Shown here: positions 28,366-37,749 of the stretch, piece after piece
Layout: each line of letters opens with the position of its first letter
Position numbering within the stretch: position 1 is the first letter of the stretch
NCBI GenBank assembly: GCA_964371255.1
Contig: CAYJKV010000001.1
Location: 32,573 to 96,572, forward strand
Direction: 5' to 3'
DNA length: 64,000 nt
Origin: an uncultured Candidatus Saccharibacteria bacterium
GTDB lineage: Bacteria; Patescibacteriota; Andersenbacteria; UBA10190
Translations under genes and position numbers: made by a program
Notes under the pieces: model-generated
Told to the model about the DNA's origin: nothing
The model's database searches: none
What the model saw: the letters and a program-made list of their open reading frames with translations, nothing else

Positions 28366-30654
28366 ATGAACAGCTATTTCAACATAACGAGAGTGGATCT
28401 ACAAAATTTAGCTAAGATTAAAAAACGAGACGGACAGGTAGCGCCGTTTAATTTTGCCAAGATTTCGCAGGCGGTACTGAAGGCCATGACAACTACTGGC
28501 GAGGGGAATGAAAAAGACGCTGATTTAGTGGCGCGGAAAGTGGTTCGGGATTTACTTAAATTACGAAGAGCCAGTCAGGAAAAAAGTTTTCTGCCCAATG
28601 TGGAAATGGTGCAGGATTTAGTGGAAGAAGAGCTGATGTTGTTAGATTTCGTGAAGACCGCCAAGTCATATATTTTATACCGAGAAAAAAGGGCGTCACT
28701 GCGGGCGGAAGTGGGAGAAGTGCCGGAAGACGTAAGGGAGTTAGTAGCAGAAAGCAAAAAATATTTTAGAAATTCACTGGCCGAGTTTGTTTACTGTCGG
28801 ACCTACGCGCGCTGGATTGATAAGGAAGGACGGCGCGAAACATGGATTGAAACGGTGCAGCGGTTTATTGACTATATGAAGGATAATTTAGGCAAGAAGC
28901 TGACAGAGAACGAGTACGAAGAAGTCCGGCAGGCAATTTTAAAGCATGAAGCAATGCCGTCGATGCGACTGATGCAATTTTCCGGCCCGGCAGCGAAGGC
29001 GACCAATGTGTGCGCCTATAATTGCTCTTATATTGCCCCGTCGAAAGTGCGGGATTTTTCCGAGATTATGTATGTGTTAATGTGCGGGGCCGGTGCCGGC
29101 TATTCAGTGGAAAGCCAGAACATCCAAGCGTTGCCGCAAATCAAGCATCAGTCGGGTAAGAAAGCGGCTAGCCAAGTGGTGGATGACAGTAAAGAGGGTT
29201 GGGCCAATGCCTTGGAGCTGGGTATGAATACCTGGTTCAAAGGAGAGGATATAGAGTTTGATTTGTCCAAACTGCGACCAGCGGGGGCTCGTTTGAAGAC
29301 GATGGGCGGCAAAAGCTCGGGACCAGAGCCGCTCCGGCAAGTATTGGAGTTCGCACGCGATAAGATATTAGCCAAGCAAGGTAAGCGATTATCTAATTTG
29401 GACGCCCATGATATTATTTGCAAAATTGGCGAGTGCGTAGTCGCCGGCGGGGTAAGGCGGAGCGCATTAATATCCCTATCAGATTTGGACGATATTGAAA
29501 TGAGAGACGCCAAGAAAGGCCAGTTCTTTATGACCGAGCCGCAACGCAGCATGGCTAATAATTCGGCGGTGTATAATGAGAAACCGACAGCGGAACAATT
29601 TTTTGATGAATGGATCGCTTTGATGAAGAGCGGATCAGGTGAGCGAGGCATTTTTAATCGCGGTTGTCTTAGCAGTACGTTGCCCAAACGCCGGATTGAT
29701 TTATTAAGGAAGAAAAAATGGCCGCAGTGGGGAACCAATCCGTGCGGCGAAATTATATTGCGATCCAAACAGTTCTGTAATTTATCGGAAGTGGTAGCGA
29801 GGGCGGAAGATACGGAAGAGACGCTAATGCGAAAAGCTCGGATCGCCGCGATCTTGGGCACTTATCAGTCGACGCTGACTAACTTTCCTTACTTGTCGAG
29901 CGAATGGAGAAAGAATTGTGAAGAAGAACGATTGTTAGGCGTTTCGATTACCGGTCAGTGGGATTGTCCGAAGGTGCGAGAAGCGGAAATGTTGAACAAG
30001 ATCAGGGAAGAGGTGTTAAAAGTAAATCGAAAGTATGCTAAGCGGTTTGGAATTAATGCATCATCGTGCGCGACTTGCGTGAAGCCGTCCGGGAACGTAT
30101 CGCAGATGACGGATTGTGCGTCCGGTATGCATCCCAGACATGCCAAGTATTATATCCGACGGGTGCGGGTATCAGCGACCGATGCGCTGTTTAAGATGTT
30201 GCGTGACCAGGGAGTGCCATATCATCCTGAGGTGGGCCAGTCATTAGAGGACGCGACTACCTACGTATTGGAATTTCCGGTCAAAGCGCCAGCGGGAGCT
30301 ATCCTCAAGAATGACCTGACCGCGTTGGAGCAATTGGAGCATTGGAAAAAGGTAAAAATAAACTATACAGAGCATAATCCTTCAGTGACAGTGTCGGTGG
30401 GTAATGACGAGTGGGTAGCCGTGGCAAATTGGCTTTATGAAAATTGGGAGATTGCCGGCGGATTATCTTTCTTGCCTCGGTCAGATCATGTGTATCAATT
30501 AGCGCCTTATGAAGAAATTGATGAAAAGAGATACGAGGAACAAGTGAAGCGACTAGGTCAGATTGACTATTCCAAATTAGTTTCTTATGAACGTGAGGAT
30601 GAGCTAGATGTTAAGACGGAACTGGCTTGCGTATCGGGCACGTGTGAAATTTAG
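28366..30654 (+). CDS. nrdJ: Class II (adenosylcobalamin-dependent) ribonucleotide reductase with N-terminal ATP cone
   Basis: IKKRDG ATP cone; AYNCSY, VVAGGVRRSA, GTNPCGEI, QFCNLSE, CVKPSG, C-terminal CVSGTC. Confidence 0.9.
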   Translation: MNSYFNITRVDLQNLAKIKKRDGQVAPFNFAKISQAVLKAMTTTGEGNEKDADLVARKVVRDLLKLRRASQEKSFLPNVEMVQDLVEEELMLLDFVKTAKSYILYREKRASLRAEVGEVPEDVRELVAESKKYFRNSLAEFVYCRTYARWIDKEGRRETWIETVQRFIDYMKDNLGKKLTENEYEEVRQAILKHEAMPSMRLMQFSGPAAKATNVCAYNCSYIAPSKVRDFSEIMYVLMCGAGAGYSVESQNIQALPQIKHQSGKKAASQVVDDSKEGWANALELGMNTWFKGEDIEFDLSKLRPAGARLKTMGGKSSGPEPLRQVLEFARDKILAKQGKRLSNLDAHDIICKIGECVVAGGVRRSALISLSDLDDIEMRDAKKGQFFMTEPQRSMANNSAVYNEKPTAEQFFDEWIALMKSGSGERGIFNRGCLSSTLPKRRIDLLRKKKWPQWGTNPCGEIILRSKQFCNLSEVVARAEDTEETLMRKARIAAILGTYQSTLTNFPYLSSEWRKNCEEERLLGVSITGQWDCPKVREAEMLNKIREEVLKVNRKYAKRFGINASSCATCVKPSGNVSQMTDCASGMHPRHAKYYIRRVRVSATDALFKMLRDQGVPYHPEVGQSLEDATTYVLEFPVKAPAGAILKNDLTALEQLEHWKKVKINYTEHNPSVTVSVGNDEWVAVANWLYENWEIAGGLSFLPRSDHVYQLAPYEEIDEKRYEEQVKRLGQIDYSKLVSYEREDELDVKTELACVSGTCEI

Positions 30655-30656
30655 CA

Positions 30657-31190
30657 ATGAGCGTCTTGTACACTGGCCGCGGTGATGACGGTACCACGAC
30701 TTTGTACGGAGGGCCGAAGCGTCTGGGTAAGGACTCCGATGTGATTGAAGCGTTGGGCAGTGTTGATGAGATAAATTCCTTTATTGGTTGGTGTCGGACG
30801 CAGATGGAAGAGACGGCATTGCAAAAAATATTGGAAGATGCCCAACAAGTATTGTTTATTCTACAAGCTGAAATAGCGGGAGCGAACAAAGCGGTGCGCC
30901 GGGAAGATGTGCAGCGGATGGAGACAGTAATAAAGAAACTTAGCGCGGAATTGCCGTCAATCAAAGGGTTTGTGCTAGCCGGAGAGACGGCAGCCGCAGC
31001 TATGCTAGATGTGGCGCGGACCATCGCGCGGCGGGCAGAACGGGTGATAAATAAAGGGATGAAGAAAAAAGAACTGATAGTGGGGGAAGGAGCCTTGGCG
31101 TATTTGAACCGTCTATCTAGCCTGCTCTATGTCTTGGCGAGGGTACAAAATTTCCGGAATAACAAAATAGAAAAAACGCCCAAGTATTGA
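30657..31190 (+). CDS. pduO: PduO-type ATP:cob(I)alamin adenosyltransferase
   Basis: YTGRGDDGTT, GSVDEINS, ARTIARRAER, YLNRLS. Confidence 0.9.
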   Translation: MSVLYTGRGDDGTTTLYGGPKRLGKDSDVIEALGSVDEINSFIGWCRTQMEETALQKILEDAQQVLFILQAEIAGANKAVRREDVQRMETVIKKLSAELPSIKGFVLAGETAAAAMLDVARTIARRAERVINKGMKKKELIVGEGALAYLNRLSSLLYVLARVQNFRNNKIEKTPKY

Positions 31191-31235
31191 CTACTAAATC
31201 ATGTGGTACTCAAATAGACTTTATTAATGACCAGG

Positions 31236-31868
31236 TTAGTGTTCGTCGTATTCGAGTGAAAAATCCAAAGCTTCTTCAATCGCTCCCTTAAGTTGGGAAG
31301 GATAGTCGATGATCGCTTGCGGATGACCTGGTTGAAGCAACTGTTCGTCGTGATAACCCCAAGTAACACCAATACACGGGATGCGAACACGTTTGGCTTC
31401 CATGATATCGCCCAGAGTATCCGTGATAAAAACACACTCGGTCGGCTGAACCTGATAGTGTTGCAGGAGGAGCGAGAATTTATCGGATTTTAGATTGGGA
31501 ATATCATTAGAAAAGATCGCACTAAAATGACGAGTGAGATTATGCTGTTGCAGGTACTGTTTAATGGGGGGGCTGGTAGTGGAAGAGACCAGGATGGTAG
31601 TGAAATTAGCGCCGATAAACTCAAGGGCATCGACGATGCCGGGAACGATAGGCTGGTCGACAATGCCTTGCGCATAGGCGGTAAAGAAATCAAAACCGGC
31701 GTTGGAAAAAGATTGTAACAGCTGGGCCCGAGATTTATCACGGGCAAATCTTTGTCGGAATAATTGTTCGGATTCGCCGGGATTTATCTGTGAGACTATG
31801 TTGAAGCACAGCTGAAACGAATCGACAATGACACCATCAAAGTCAATTAAGACAAATTCTGACTGCAT
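31236..31868 (-). CDS. HAD superfamily hydrolase
   Basis: DFDGVIVDS, K, FITDTLGD, GVTWGYH. Confidence 0.88.
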   Translation of the reverse strand: MQSEFVLIDFDGVIVDSFQLCFNIVSQINPGESEQLFRQRFARDKSRAQLLQSFSNAGFDFFTAYAQGIVDQPIVPGIVDALEFIGANFTTILVSSTTSPPIKQYLQQHNLTRHFSAIFSNDIPNLKSDKFSLLLQHYQVQPTECVFITDTLGDIMEAKRVRIPCIGVTWGYHDEQLLQPGHPQAIIDYPSQLKGAIEEALDFSLEYDEH

Positions 31869-31938
31869 GGTTGGCTGGTAAGGTTTAAGGTAAAAATTAG
31901 CGTGGTTTTATTATAAGATAGTTTGGCAGTAGATTGAA

Positions 31939-31968
31939 CAAACGCCCGAGTGGTAACTGGGGCGTTTG
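31939..31968 (-). terminator. Hairpin downstream of the 41-aa ORF
   Basis: caaacgccc-12 nt-gggcgtttg. Confidence 0.55.
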
Positions 31969-31988
31969 CTGACAACTAGAAAACTTGA

Positions 31989-32114
31989 TTACGCAGTTGT
32001 CTCTGCTTCATCACCTTCCACTGGAGTCTCTTCGGCTGGAACAGCCGGGGTCTCTTCTGGAGTCTCTTCGGCTGGAACAGCCGGGGTTTCTTCTGGCATT
32101 GTTTCATCGTCCAT
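31989..32114 (-). CDS. 41-aa acidic repeat peptide MDDETMPEETPAVPAEETPEETPAVPAEETPVEGDEAETTA (not in ORF track)
   Basis: Hand-translated; AGGAGGTGA SD 6 nt upstream; 36-nt tandem repeat; hairpin downstream. Confidence 0.75.
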   Translation of the reverse strand: MDDETMPEETPAVPAEETPEETPAVPAEETPVEGDEAETTA

Positions 32115-32219
32115 AAAAGATCACCTCCTCTAAGTAAGATAAGTTTCTGCAAGTATTAGTTTGTCTTAGCAACATTATTATTAGTCTAAAGGTAAAAAGC
32201 GATTTAGACAATGTGTGTT

Positions 32220-33134
32220 TTAGTCAGCAGCAGCTATCGCCTGCATGTTACGTAACATGAGATTGATGTAGCTATCGTCGGGAACGATGCCACCAAGGTC
32301 ATCGAGGGACATGATTTTCAGTCCGAATTCTTCCTGCATGAAACGAACACCGGTGGAGGAGGTTTTGGCTGGTTCAGTATAAAAAGTTTTTATATGGTAC
32401 TGCTCGATCAGTTGCCGTAAATACTGCAGGTCACTGATAGTGGGAGTTTGGCCTTCAATAGGTTCGTAGGTGGCGACTAGGGATAGGCCATAATGCGCGG
32501 CGAAATAGGACCAGGCATCATGTACGGCAATAAAATTGGGTTGAGCAACCCGGCTAAATTGTTGCTGCAGGTTGGCTTCCAACCGATCAAGTGATTGACG
32601 GTAGGCAGTGAGGTTGGAATCGTAGTCGGCAGCGTGGGCGGGGTCGAGGCTGGTGAGTTCGGTGGCGATAGTGGCGGCGATAGCCTTGGCGTTAGGCGCG
32701 GTCAGCCAGTAATGGGGATCAAGGTCGGAAACTGCGCGCGCATCATGGTCGGTGTCACTGGTACTAAAGGGGCGTAAAGTGATGTTCCGATCAACCGTGA
32801 TGACTGGTGATAGTTTGATTTTCAAGGCAGTGTCGGTGACGTGGTTATCCAAACCATGGCCAATAGCGAAAATAACCTGGGCGTCAGATAGTTGGCGAAT
32901 TTGTTGAGGGGCGAGGGCAAAGGAATGAGGGTCGGAGTTGCTCGGGATGATTTGTATTACCTGAACATAAGGTCCGGCTATCTGCCGGGTGATATCGGTG
33001 AGGGGAAAAATTGTCGCAGCGACGGACAGTTGGCTGGAGGTTGGTGGAGATTGACGAGGAATTCTTCGACCAACTAATAGGCCGGCGGCAGAAATGACAA
33101 TCGCCAACAATACAATTAGATATATTTTGGGCAT
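32220..33134 (-). CDS. Zn/Mn ABC substrate-binding protein (ZnuA/TroA family)
   Basis: DPHSF, DPHYWL, HDAWSYF, LDDLG. Confidence 0.9.
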   Translation of the reverse strand: MPKIYLIVLLAIVISAAGLLVGRRIPRQSPPTSSQLSVAATIFPLTDITRQIAGPYVQVIQIIPSNSDPHSFALAPQQIRQLSDAQVIFAIGHGLDNHVTDTALKIKLSPVITVDRNITLRPFSTSDTDHDARAVSDLDPHYWLTAPNAKAIAATIATELTSLDPAHAADYDSNLTAYRQSLDRLEANLQQQFSRVAQPNFIAVHDAWSYFAAHYGLSLVATYEPIEGQTPTISDLQYLRQLIEQYHIKTFYTEPAKTSSTGVRFMQEEFGLKIMSLDDLGGIVPDDSYINLMLRNMQAIAAAD

Positions 33135-33161
33135 AAATCAATAGTGCTGGAATGCTGATGA

Positions 33162-34505
33162 TTAATGAGGCATGGAGTGGCCAGCCGTGTCTTGTGGGCG
33201 AGGACGCACCCAGCCACGCAATAACATAGTCCGTTGCAACCGTTTAATGGCCAGGGCATAGGCGGCCTGGCGAAGATTGCCGGCAGGCAACTGCTGGCTT
33301 AAAACATCGCAGGTAGCTTGCTGCATTTTTTGCCGCAACTTATCGTTTATTTCTTTTTCACTCCAGTACAAATTCTGGATGTTTTGGGTCCATTCAAAGT
33401 AGCTGACAGTTACGCCCCCGGCATTGGCCAGTATGTCTGGGATGACAGGAATATTTTTCTGGTCGAGGACGGTTTGTGCGTCTGGTGTGGTGGGTCCATT
33501 AGCCATTTCTAAAATCAGCTTCGCCTTAATTTGGTCAGCGTTATCACCGGTGATTTGGTTTTCAATAGCGGCTGGTACCAGTACATCCACTGCCAGTTCG
33601 AGCAGTTCTCGGTTGGTAATTTGCTCACAGGTGTCATCGGCGGAGGAACCGGCCTTTTCGACTGACAATTTGGGGTAGCAGAGGTTACGGTCTAGTTTCC
33701 CACCATGCTGAATGGCCTTAATGACGGATGGTATGTCCAGTCCTTGTGGATGATAAATACCACCTTCGGCATCGGAGATAGCGACAACTTTGAAACCGGC
33801 CTGATCAGCTAAGAAGGCGAAATTTGATCCGACATTACCAAAACCCTGAACGGCGACGGTTAGTTCAGATGACGGCTGCTTGGTTTGCGCGAGATATTCT
33901 TGGAGAACGATTAAACCGCCTAAACCGGTAGCCGCCTCCCGTCCTAAACTTCCGCCGAGGTCGATCGGCTTGCCCGTAAAGGTCGCGGTGATGTGTTCGT
34001 GGTGATTATTGAGCCGAGAATATTCGTCGGTAAACCAAGCCATGATTTGAGCGTTGGTATTAACATCGGGAGCTGGAATGTCGTTGGTCGGACCAATATT
34101 ATTGCCTAATTGAGCGATGTATTGGCGGGAGAGGCGTTGAAGCTCGCGATCACTGAGTTGCTGAGGATCAATGGTGATGCCACCTTTAGCACCGCCGAAC
34201 GGGATATTAACCACGGCCGTCTTGAGCGTCATCCACGCGGCGAGGGCTTTCATTTCGTCCAGATCAACGTTGGGGTGGAAGCGGACACCGCCCTTATATG
34301 GACCGCGCGCATTGTTATGCTGCACGCGGTAACCTTGATAGATAGCAATGTCGCCGGAATCTTTCTCGATGGGCAGTTCGACCGTAATCACTTTTTGGGG
34401 CGCGGACAGAAAGGCAATGATATCCGGGTGAGCATCAATTAACTGACCGACTTCACGGAGGGTGGAGGTAAAGCTATAAAAAGGCGAATTGGATTGATTA
34501 GACAT
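33162..34505 (-). CDS. gdhA: Glu/Leu/Phe/Val dehydrogenase (glutamate dehydrogenase)
   Basis: GPYKGGVRFH, GGAKGG, DIPAPD, TGKP, QGFGNVG, EMANGPT, NAGGVTVSYFEW. Confidence 0.9.
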   Translation of the reverse strand: MSNQSNSPFYSFTSTLREVGQLIDAHPDIIAFLSAPQKVITVELPIEKDSGDIAIYQGYRVQHNNARGPYKGGVRFHPNVDLDEMKALAAWMTLKTAVVNIPFGGAKGGITIDPQQLSDRELQRLSRQYIAQLGNNIGPTNDIPAPDVNTNAQIMAWFTDEYSRLNNHHEHITATFTGKPIDLGGSLGREAATGLGGLIVLQEYLAQTKQPSSELTVAVQGFGNVGSNFAFLADQAGFKVVAISDAEGGIYHPQGLDIPSVIKAIQHGGKLDRNLCYPKLSVEKAGSSADDTCEQITNRELLELAVDVLVPAAIENQITGDNADQIKAKLILEMANGPTTPDAQTVLDQKNIPVIPDILANAGGVTVSYFEWTQNIQNLYWSEKEINDKLRQKMQQATCDVLSQQLPAGNLRQAAYALAIKRLQRTMLLRGWVRPRPQDTAGHSMPH

Positions 34506-34534
34506 GGATGATAGTTAATAATAAACAAAAAAGA

Positions 34535-34582
34535 TTGACAAATGTTTAATGTTCCAGAATGATTATTAAGTGATTGCTTAAT
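34535..34582 (+). promoter_or_regulatory. Promoter and putative ArsR operator
   Basis: TTGACA at 34535; inverted repeat ATTAAG-N6-CTTAAT at 34565-34582. Confidence 0.5.
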
Positions 34583-34602
34583 CTATTAATCAAGGTAATA
34601 GG

Positions 34603-34941
34603 ATGTTAACGAAGAAGCAAGCGGATATTATTAAAAAAGATGTCGGTGATGACAGCGGCCAATTGGCAGTATCGCTACAGGCGCTGGCGGATATTGGCCG
34701 GTTAAGGATTTTTCGATTACTGGCTAAATATGAAGATTTATGCGTGACTGATCTAGCCAATGTGCTGGACGTTTCTGTGCCGGCTGCTTCACAACAATTG
34801 CGCATCATGGAATTAAGCGGACTAGTTAAAAAAGAACGGCGGGGGCAGATGAGCTGTTACACTTTAGCCAAGGACAAAGAATTAGTGCGGGCGCTGCGAC
34901 GGCTGGTAGCTGGAGGAAAAGAGGTCGTCAAGAACAAGTAA
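34603..34941 (+). CDS. ArsR/SmtB family regulator
   Basis: ALAD..RLRI..LL...LCVTDLA..L.VS.PAASQQLRIM...GLV. Confidence 0.9.
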   Translation: MLTKKQADIIKKDVGDDSGQLAVSLQALADIGRLRIFRLLAKYEDLCVTDLANVLDVSVPAASQQLRIMELSGLVKKERRGQMSCYTLAKDKELVRALRRLVAGGKEVVKNK

Positions 34942-34970
34942 ATAGAAGTTTATCATTAATTATATAATTT

Positions 34971-35204
34971 ATGCCAAAAGTAGTCATTTATTCGACGCCC
35001 ACTTGCGGGTTTTGTCAGCTCGCTAAAGCTTATTTCAAAGAAAATAATGTGGTCTTTGAAGAAAAGGATGTAGCCACTGATTTAGCGGCTCGCGAAGAAA
35101 TGGTTAAGCTGACGCAGCAAAGTGGTGTGCCAGTGATTGATATTGATGGAGAAACAGTGATTGGCTTTGATCAACCAAAGCTAGCGCAGTTATTGGGGTT
35201 GTAG
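34971..35204 (+). CDS. Glutaredoxin-like protein (YruB/NrdH-like)
   Basis: YSTPTCGFC, GVPVI, IGFD. Confidence 0.9.
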   Translation: MPKVVIYSTPTCGFCQLAKAYFKENNVVFEEKDVATDLAAREEMVKLTQQSGVPVIDIDGETVIGFDQPKLAQLLGL

Positions 35205-35314
35205 AGGCGAGTGTGGAGTGTGAATGAGGAGCTCGGCGCGAGGGTGGGCAGCTTGCCGGGAGTATGATTATTAAAGAAAGACAAATTTTGCAAGTAAGAT
35301 GTTTGTAGTGATTT

Positions 35315-36076
35315 ATGGTTGATCAAATTATGAACGAGGGGACAGAGGAAGATAAACTTATTACCAAGGTGGAAAGAAAACAGCAGCGCCGAGCAGAAAG
35401 GCAACGAGCGCGGGAGAGTGATGCCAGAAGACAACAAACTAAACGAGGGCTAGTTTGGGGATTAGTGGTTGTTGGACTGGCTGGTATTTTTTGGTACGCG
35501 ATTGATGCGGGCAGAGAACAGGTGGGGGAAACGGGGCAGGCTGTTTTAGAAGGGCAAATCAGAACTGATGATTGGGTAAAAGGGAAGATAGAGGCCAAAG
35601 TAGTTTTGGTAGAGTACGCGGACTTTCAATGTCCGGCGTGCGCCAGTTATGCAGAGATAGTTAAGCGGTTAAACGACAATTATGGAGATCGGGTGGCCTT
35701 TGTTTACCGCCAATTTCCATTGAAACAGATACATCGTAATGCGGAGGCAGCCGCTTATGCGGCGGAAGCGGCTGGAGAACAAGGCAAGTTTTGGGAGATG
35801 CATGATATATTATATGAACGACAAGCTGATTGGTCAGACGTTGGTCGGGCCGAAACAATGTTTACAGATTACGCGCGCACGATTAGCTTGGATGTAGAGC
35901 GATGGCAAGCTGAAATGACGTCCACGGAGGTTAGGGAAAAAGTGGCAAACTCATACACAGAGGCAATTAGACTAGGTTTACAAGCAACGCCCTCGTTTAT
36001 ATTAAATGGCAAAAAAATAGAAGCCCGATCATATGAACAATTCGAGCAGCTTATCAAACGCGACTTGGGGGAATAA
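35315..36076 (+). CDS. DsbA/BdbD family thiol-disulfide oxidoreductase
   Basis: EYADFQCPAC, FPL..IH, GKFWEMHD, ATPSF. Confidence 0.9.
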   Translation: MVDQIMNEGTEEDKLITKVERKQQRRAERQRARESDARRQQTKRGLVWGLVVVGLAGIFWYAIDAGREQVGETGQAVLEGQIRTDDWVKGKIEAKVVLVEYADFQCPACASYAEIVKRLNDNYGDRVAFVYRQFPLKQIHRNAEAAAYAAEAAGEQGKFWEMHDILYERQADWSDVGRAETMFTDYARTISLDVERWQAEMTSTEVREKVANSYTEAIRLGLQATPSFILNGKKIEARSYEQFEQLIKRDLGE

Positions 36077-36515
36077 ACCTAAGTGGTTAGTGGGGGGACA
36101 AATCGGGGTGGCAGTGATTGGCCTATTTATCGCTACTTTTCTGGCGGCTGAGCATGTGCGCGGTACTTTTCCGCCTTGTTCAATTATTGATGGCTGCCAT
36201 ACTGTGTTAGGCAGCAAATATGCTGAGGTTGGCGGGTTACCGACAGCGTCCTTCGGAGTAATTTATTATTTGGCATTAATACTGTTGGGAGTGGCGTACT
36301 TGCAAGGCGGGCGGATGGCTTGGTTGCAGTTGTCTCTTCGATTATCGGGGATGGGGGTGCTGGTATCGCTTTATCTAGTTTATCTGCAACTGTTCGTCAT
36401 CGGTGCTATTTGCCCGTATTGCATGTCGTCAGCAGCAGTCTGTTTTTTGTTACTGGGAATTGATTTGCTAATCTGGCGGCGGCACATACACGACCATCAA
36501 GAAGTTTTGGCTTAG
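36033..36515 (+). CDS. VKOR family disulfide-bond formation protein
   Basis: C...GC..VL.S.YA, ICPYC. Confidence 0.9.
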   Translation: MNNSSSLSNATWGNKPKWLVGGQIGVAVIGLFIATFLAAEHVRGTFPPCSIIDGCHTVLGSKYAEVGGLPTASFGVIYYLALILLGVAYLQGGRMAWLQLSLRLSGMGVLVSLYLVYLQLFVIGAICPYCMSSAAVCFLLLGIDLLIWRRHIHDHQEVLA

Positions 36516-37357
36516 GCAGAAGGCTGCGCCGTGAAGTCACTGATGAGGGCTAACGCGCCATAAAAAGCCCGGTCATCACCGAGCGCGGCCGGTTTGATGG
36601 CGGGAGGGGTGGGTATGAACGCAGTGAGTTGAGTAGTCAAGTCGCTGACCTGATTAATGGAAATATCTCGCATCATCGGACCTCCCAACACGATCACAGA
36701 AGGGGACCAGAGAAAGGTTATGTTGGTTAAACCGTAAGCGAGGGACTGGGCCAGCAATGACCAAACAGCAGAGTCCTTAATTTCTTTGGGGTGACAATTA
36801 AATCGCCGCGCGACGCTGGCACCGCCCACTAAATCTTCTAGGGTAGAGGGGTGGTGGCAGTTAGGGCAGAGGTGACCACTGGCATCAATGATCTGGAAAC
36901 CAGGCTCAAAACCATACGTATTCGCATCGATTTTTTGATTGACGATGCGGGCACCGCCAACTCCGGTGCTGATGGTTAGATAGGCGACGATAGCAAAACC
37001 GCGGCCGGCGCCGCTGCAAGCTTCGCCTAAACCAGCCAAAGCAGAGTCATTAATAATATGAACCGGAGCGTGGGATATTTTTTCCAGAGCGGCTTGAATA
37101 GGCTGGCCAATCCAGCCGCGTAAGTTAGGAGAAGCGGCCAAGCGGCCGGCTGATTTATTGAACGTACCGGGTAAACCAACTATAACGCCTTGGAGGTTTT
37201 GATCGGCAATGAGCGGACGGATTTGGCCGTCAAGCAAACTGACCGCGTCGGCAAAAATAGGCGGGGTGGGAAATTTAACGGGTGGATTGAAAGAAGCAGA
37301 GGAAGACGCAGTGGTTAGGCGCGTGTTGGTGCCGCCGATGTCTATTAGGAGGAACAT
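36512..37357 (-). CDS. ROK family sugar kinase (start moved to 37357)
   Basis: IDIGGTN, ND..LAGLGE, TISTGVGG, GFEPG, CPNC. Confidence 0.85.
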   Translation of the reverse strand: MFLLIDIGGTNTRLTTASSSASFNPPVKFPTPPIFADAVSLLDGQIRPLIADQNLQGVIVGLPGTFNKSAGRLAASPNLRGWIGQPIQAALEKISHAPVHIINDSALAGLGEACSGAGRGFAIVAYLTISTGVGGARIVNQKIDANTYGFEPGFQIIDASGHLCPNCHHPSTLEDLVGGASVARRFNCHPKEIKDSAVWSLLAQSLAYGLTNITFLWSPSVIVLGGPMMRDISINQVSDLTTQLTAFIPTPPAIKPAALGDDRAFYGALALISDFTAQPSA

Positions 37358-37369
37358 AATAATAGTATA

Positions 37370-37475
37370 AAATCCCAAATCAGAAATACGAAATAAATTC
37401 CAATAACCAATCAAATCCCAAGCCCCAATAACCAATGACCAAGCAAATCTTAAATCCCAAATCCTAAAAAACAAA
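37370..37475. repeat. Degenerate 7-mer tandem tract
   Basis: aaatccc aaatcag aaatacg ... aataacc aatgacc ... aaatccc aaatcct. Confidence 0.7.
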
Positions 37476-37537
37476 TTCTCTTTTTCACCAAGTCCCCAGC
37501 TTTTTGTAATCGCTGGTTCTGGGTGAGTTCTCCCGGG

Positions 37538-37645
37538 ATAAGGGGAGTTAGAAGGGTTTTTCGTTAATGGGTGCCAGTTAACTCCCCTTATTCTCTCTTA
37601 ACCCCCCACATCGCCGAGGCTTCGCAGGACACAGTAGGGGGAAAT
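37538..37645. repeat. REP-like palindromic element related to 57150-57288
   Basis: ataaggggagtta...taactccccttat inverted repeat plus a cgccgaggcttcg short hairpin. Confidence 0.55.
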
Positions 37646-37749
37646 CATAACTTTCTCCTTATGATGGTGAGTTGTTACAGCTTTTACGAACTTGTGTATT
37701 AAATGAGCTTGGGTATAATAACGTGATAATTATTTATTATATTTGACTT

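Noticed and set aside
28366-30654. Intein or intron in nrdJ
   Set aside because: ORF is continuous, of normal length, and shows no splicing motifs
32020-32097. 36-nt direct repeat as a mini CRISPR
   Set aside because: Copies are adjacent with no spacer, are in frame in a peptide gene, and no cas genes are present
37358-37474. N-terminal extension of the ROK ORF (FRIWDLRFAWSLVIGAWDL...)
   Set aside because: It is the translation of the 7-mer tract; the better start is 37357
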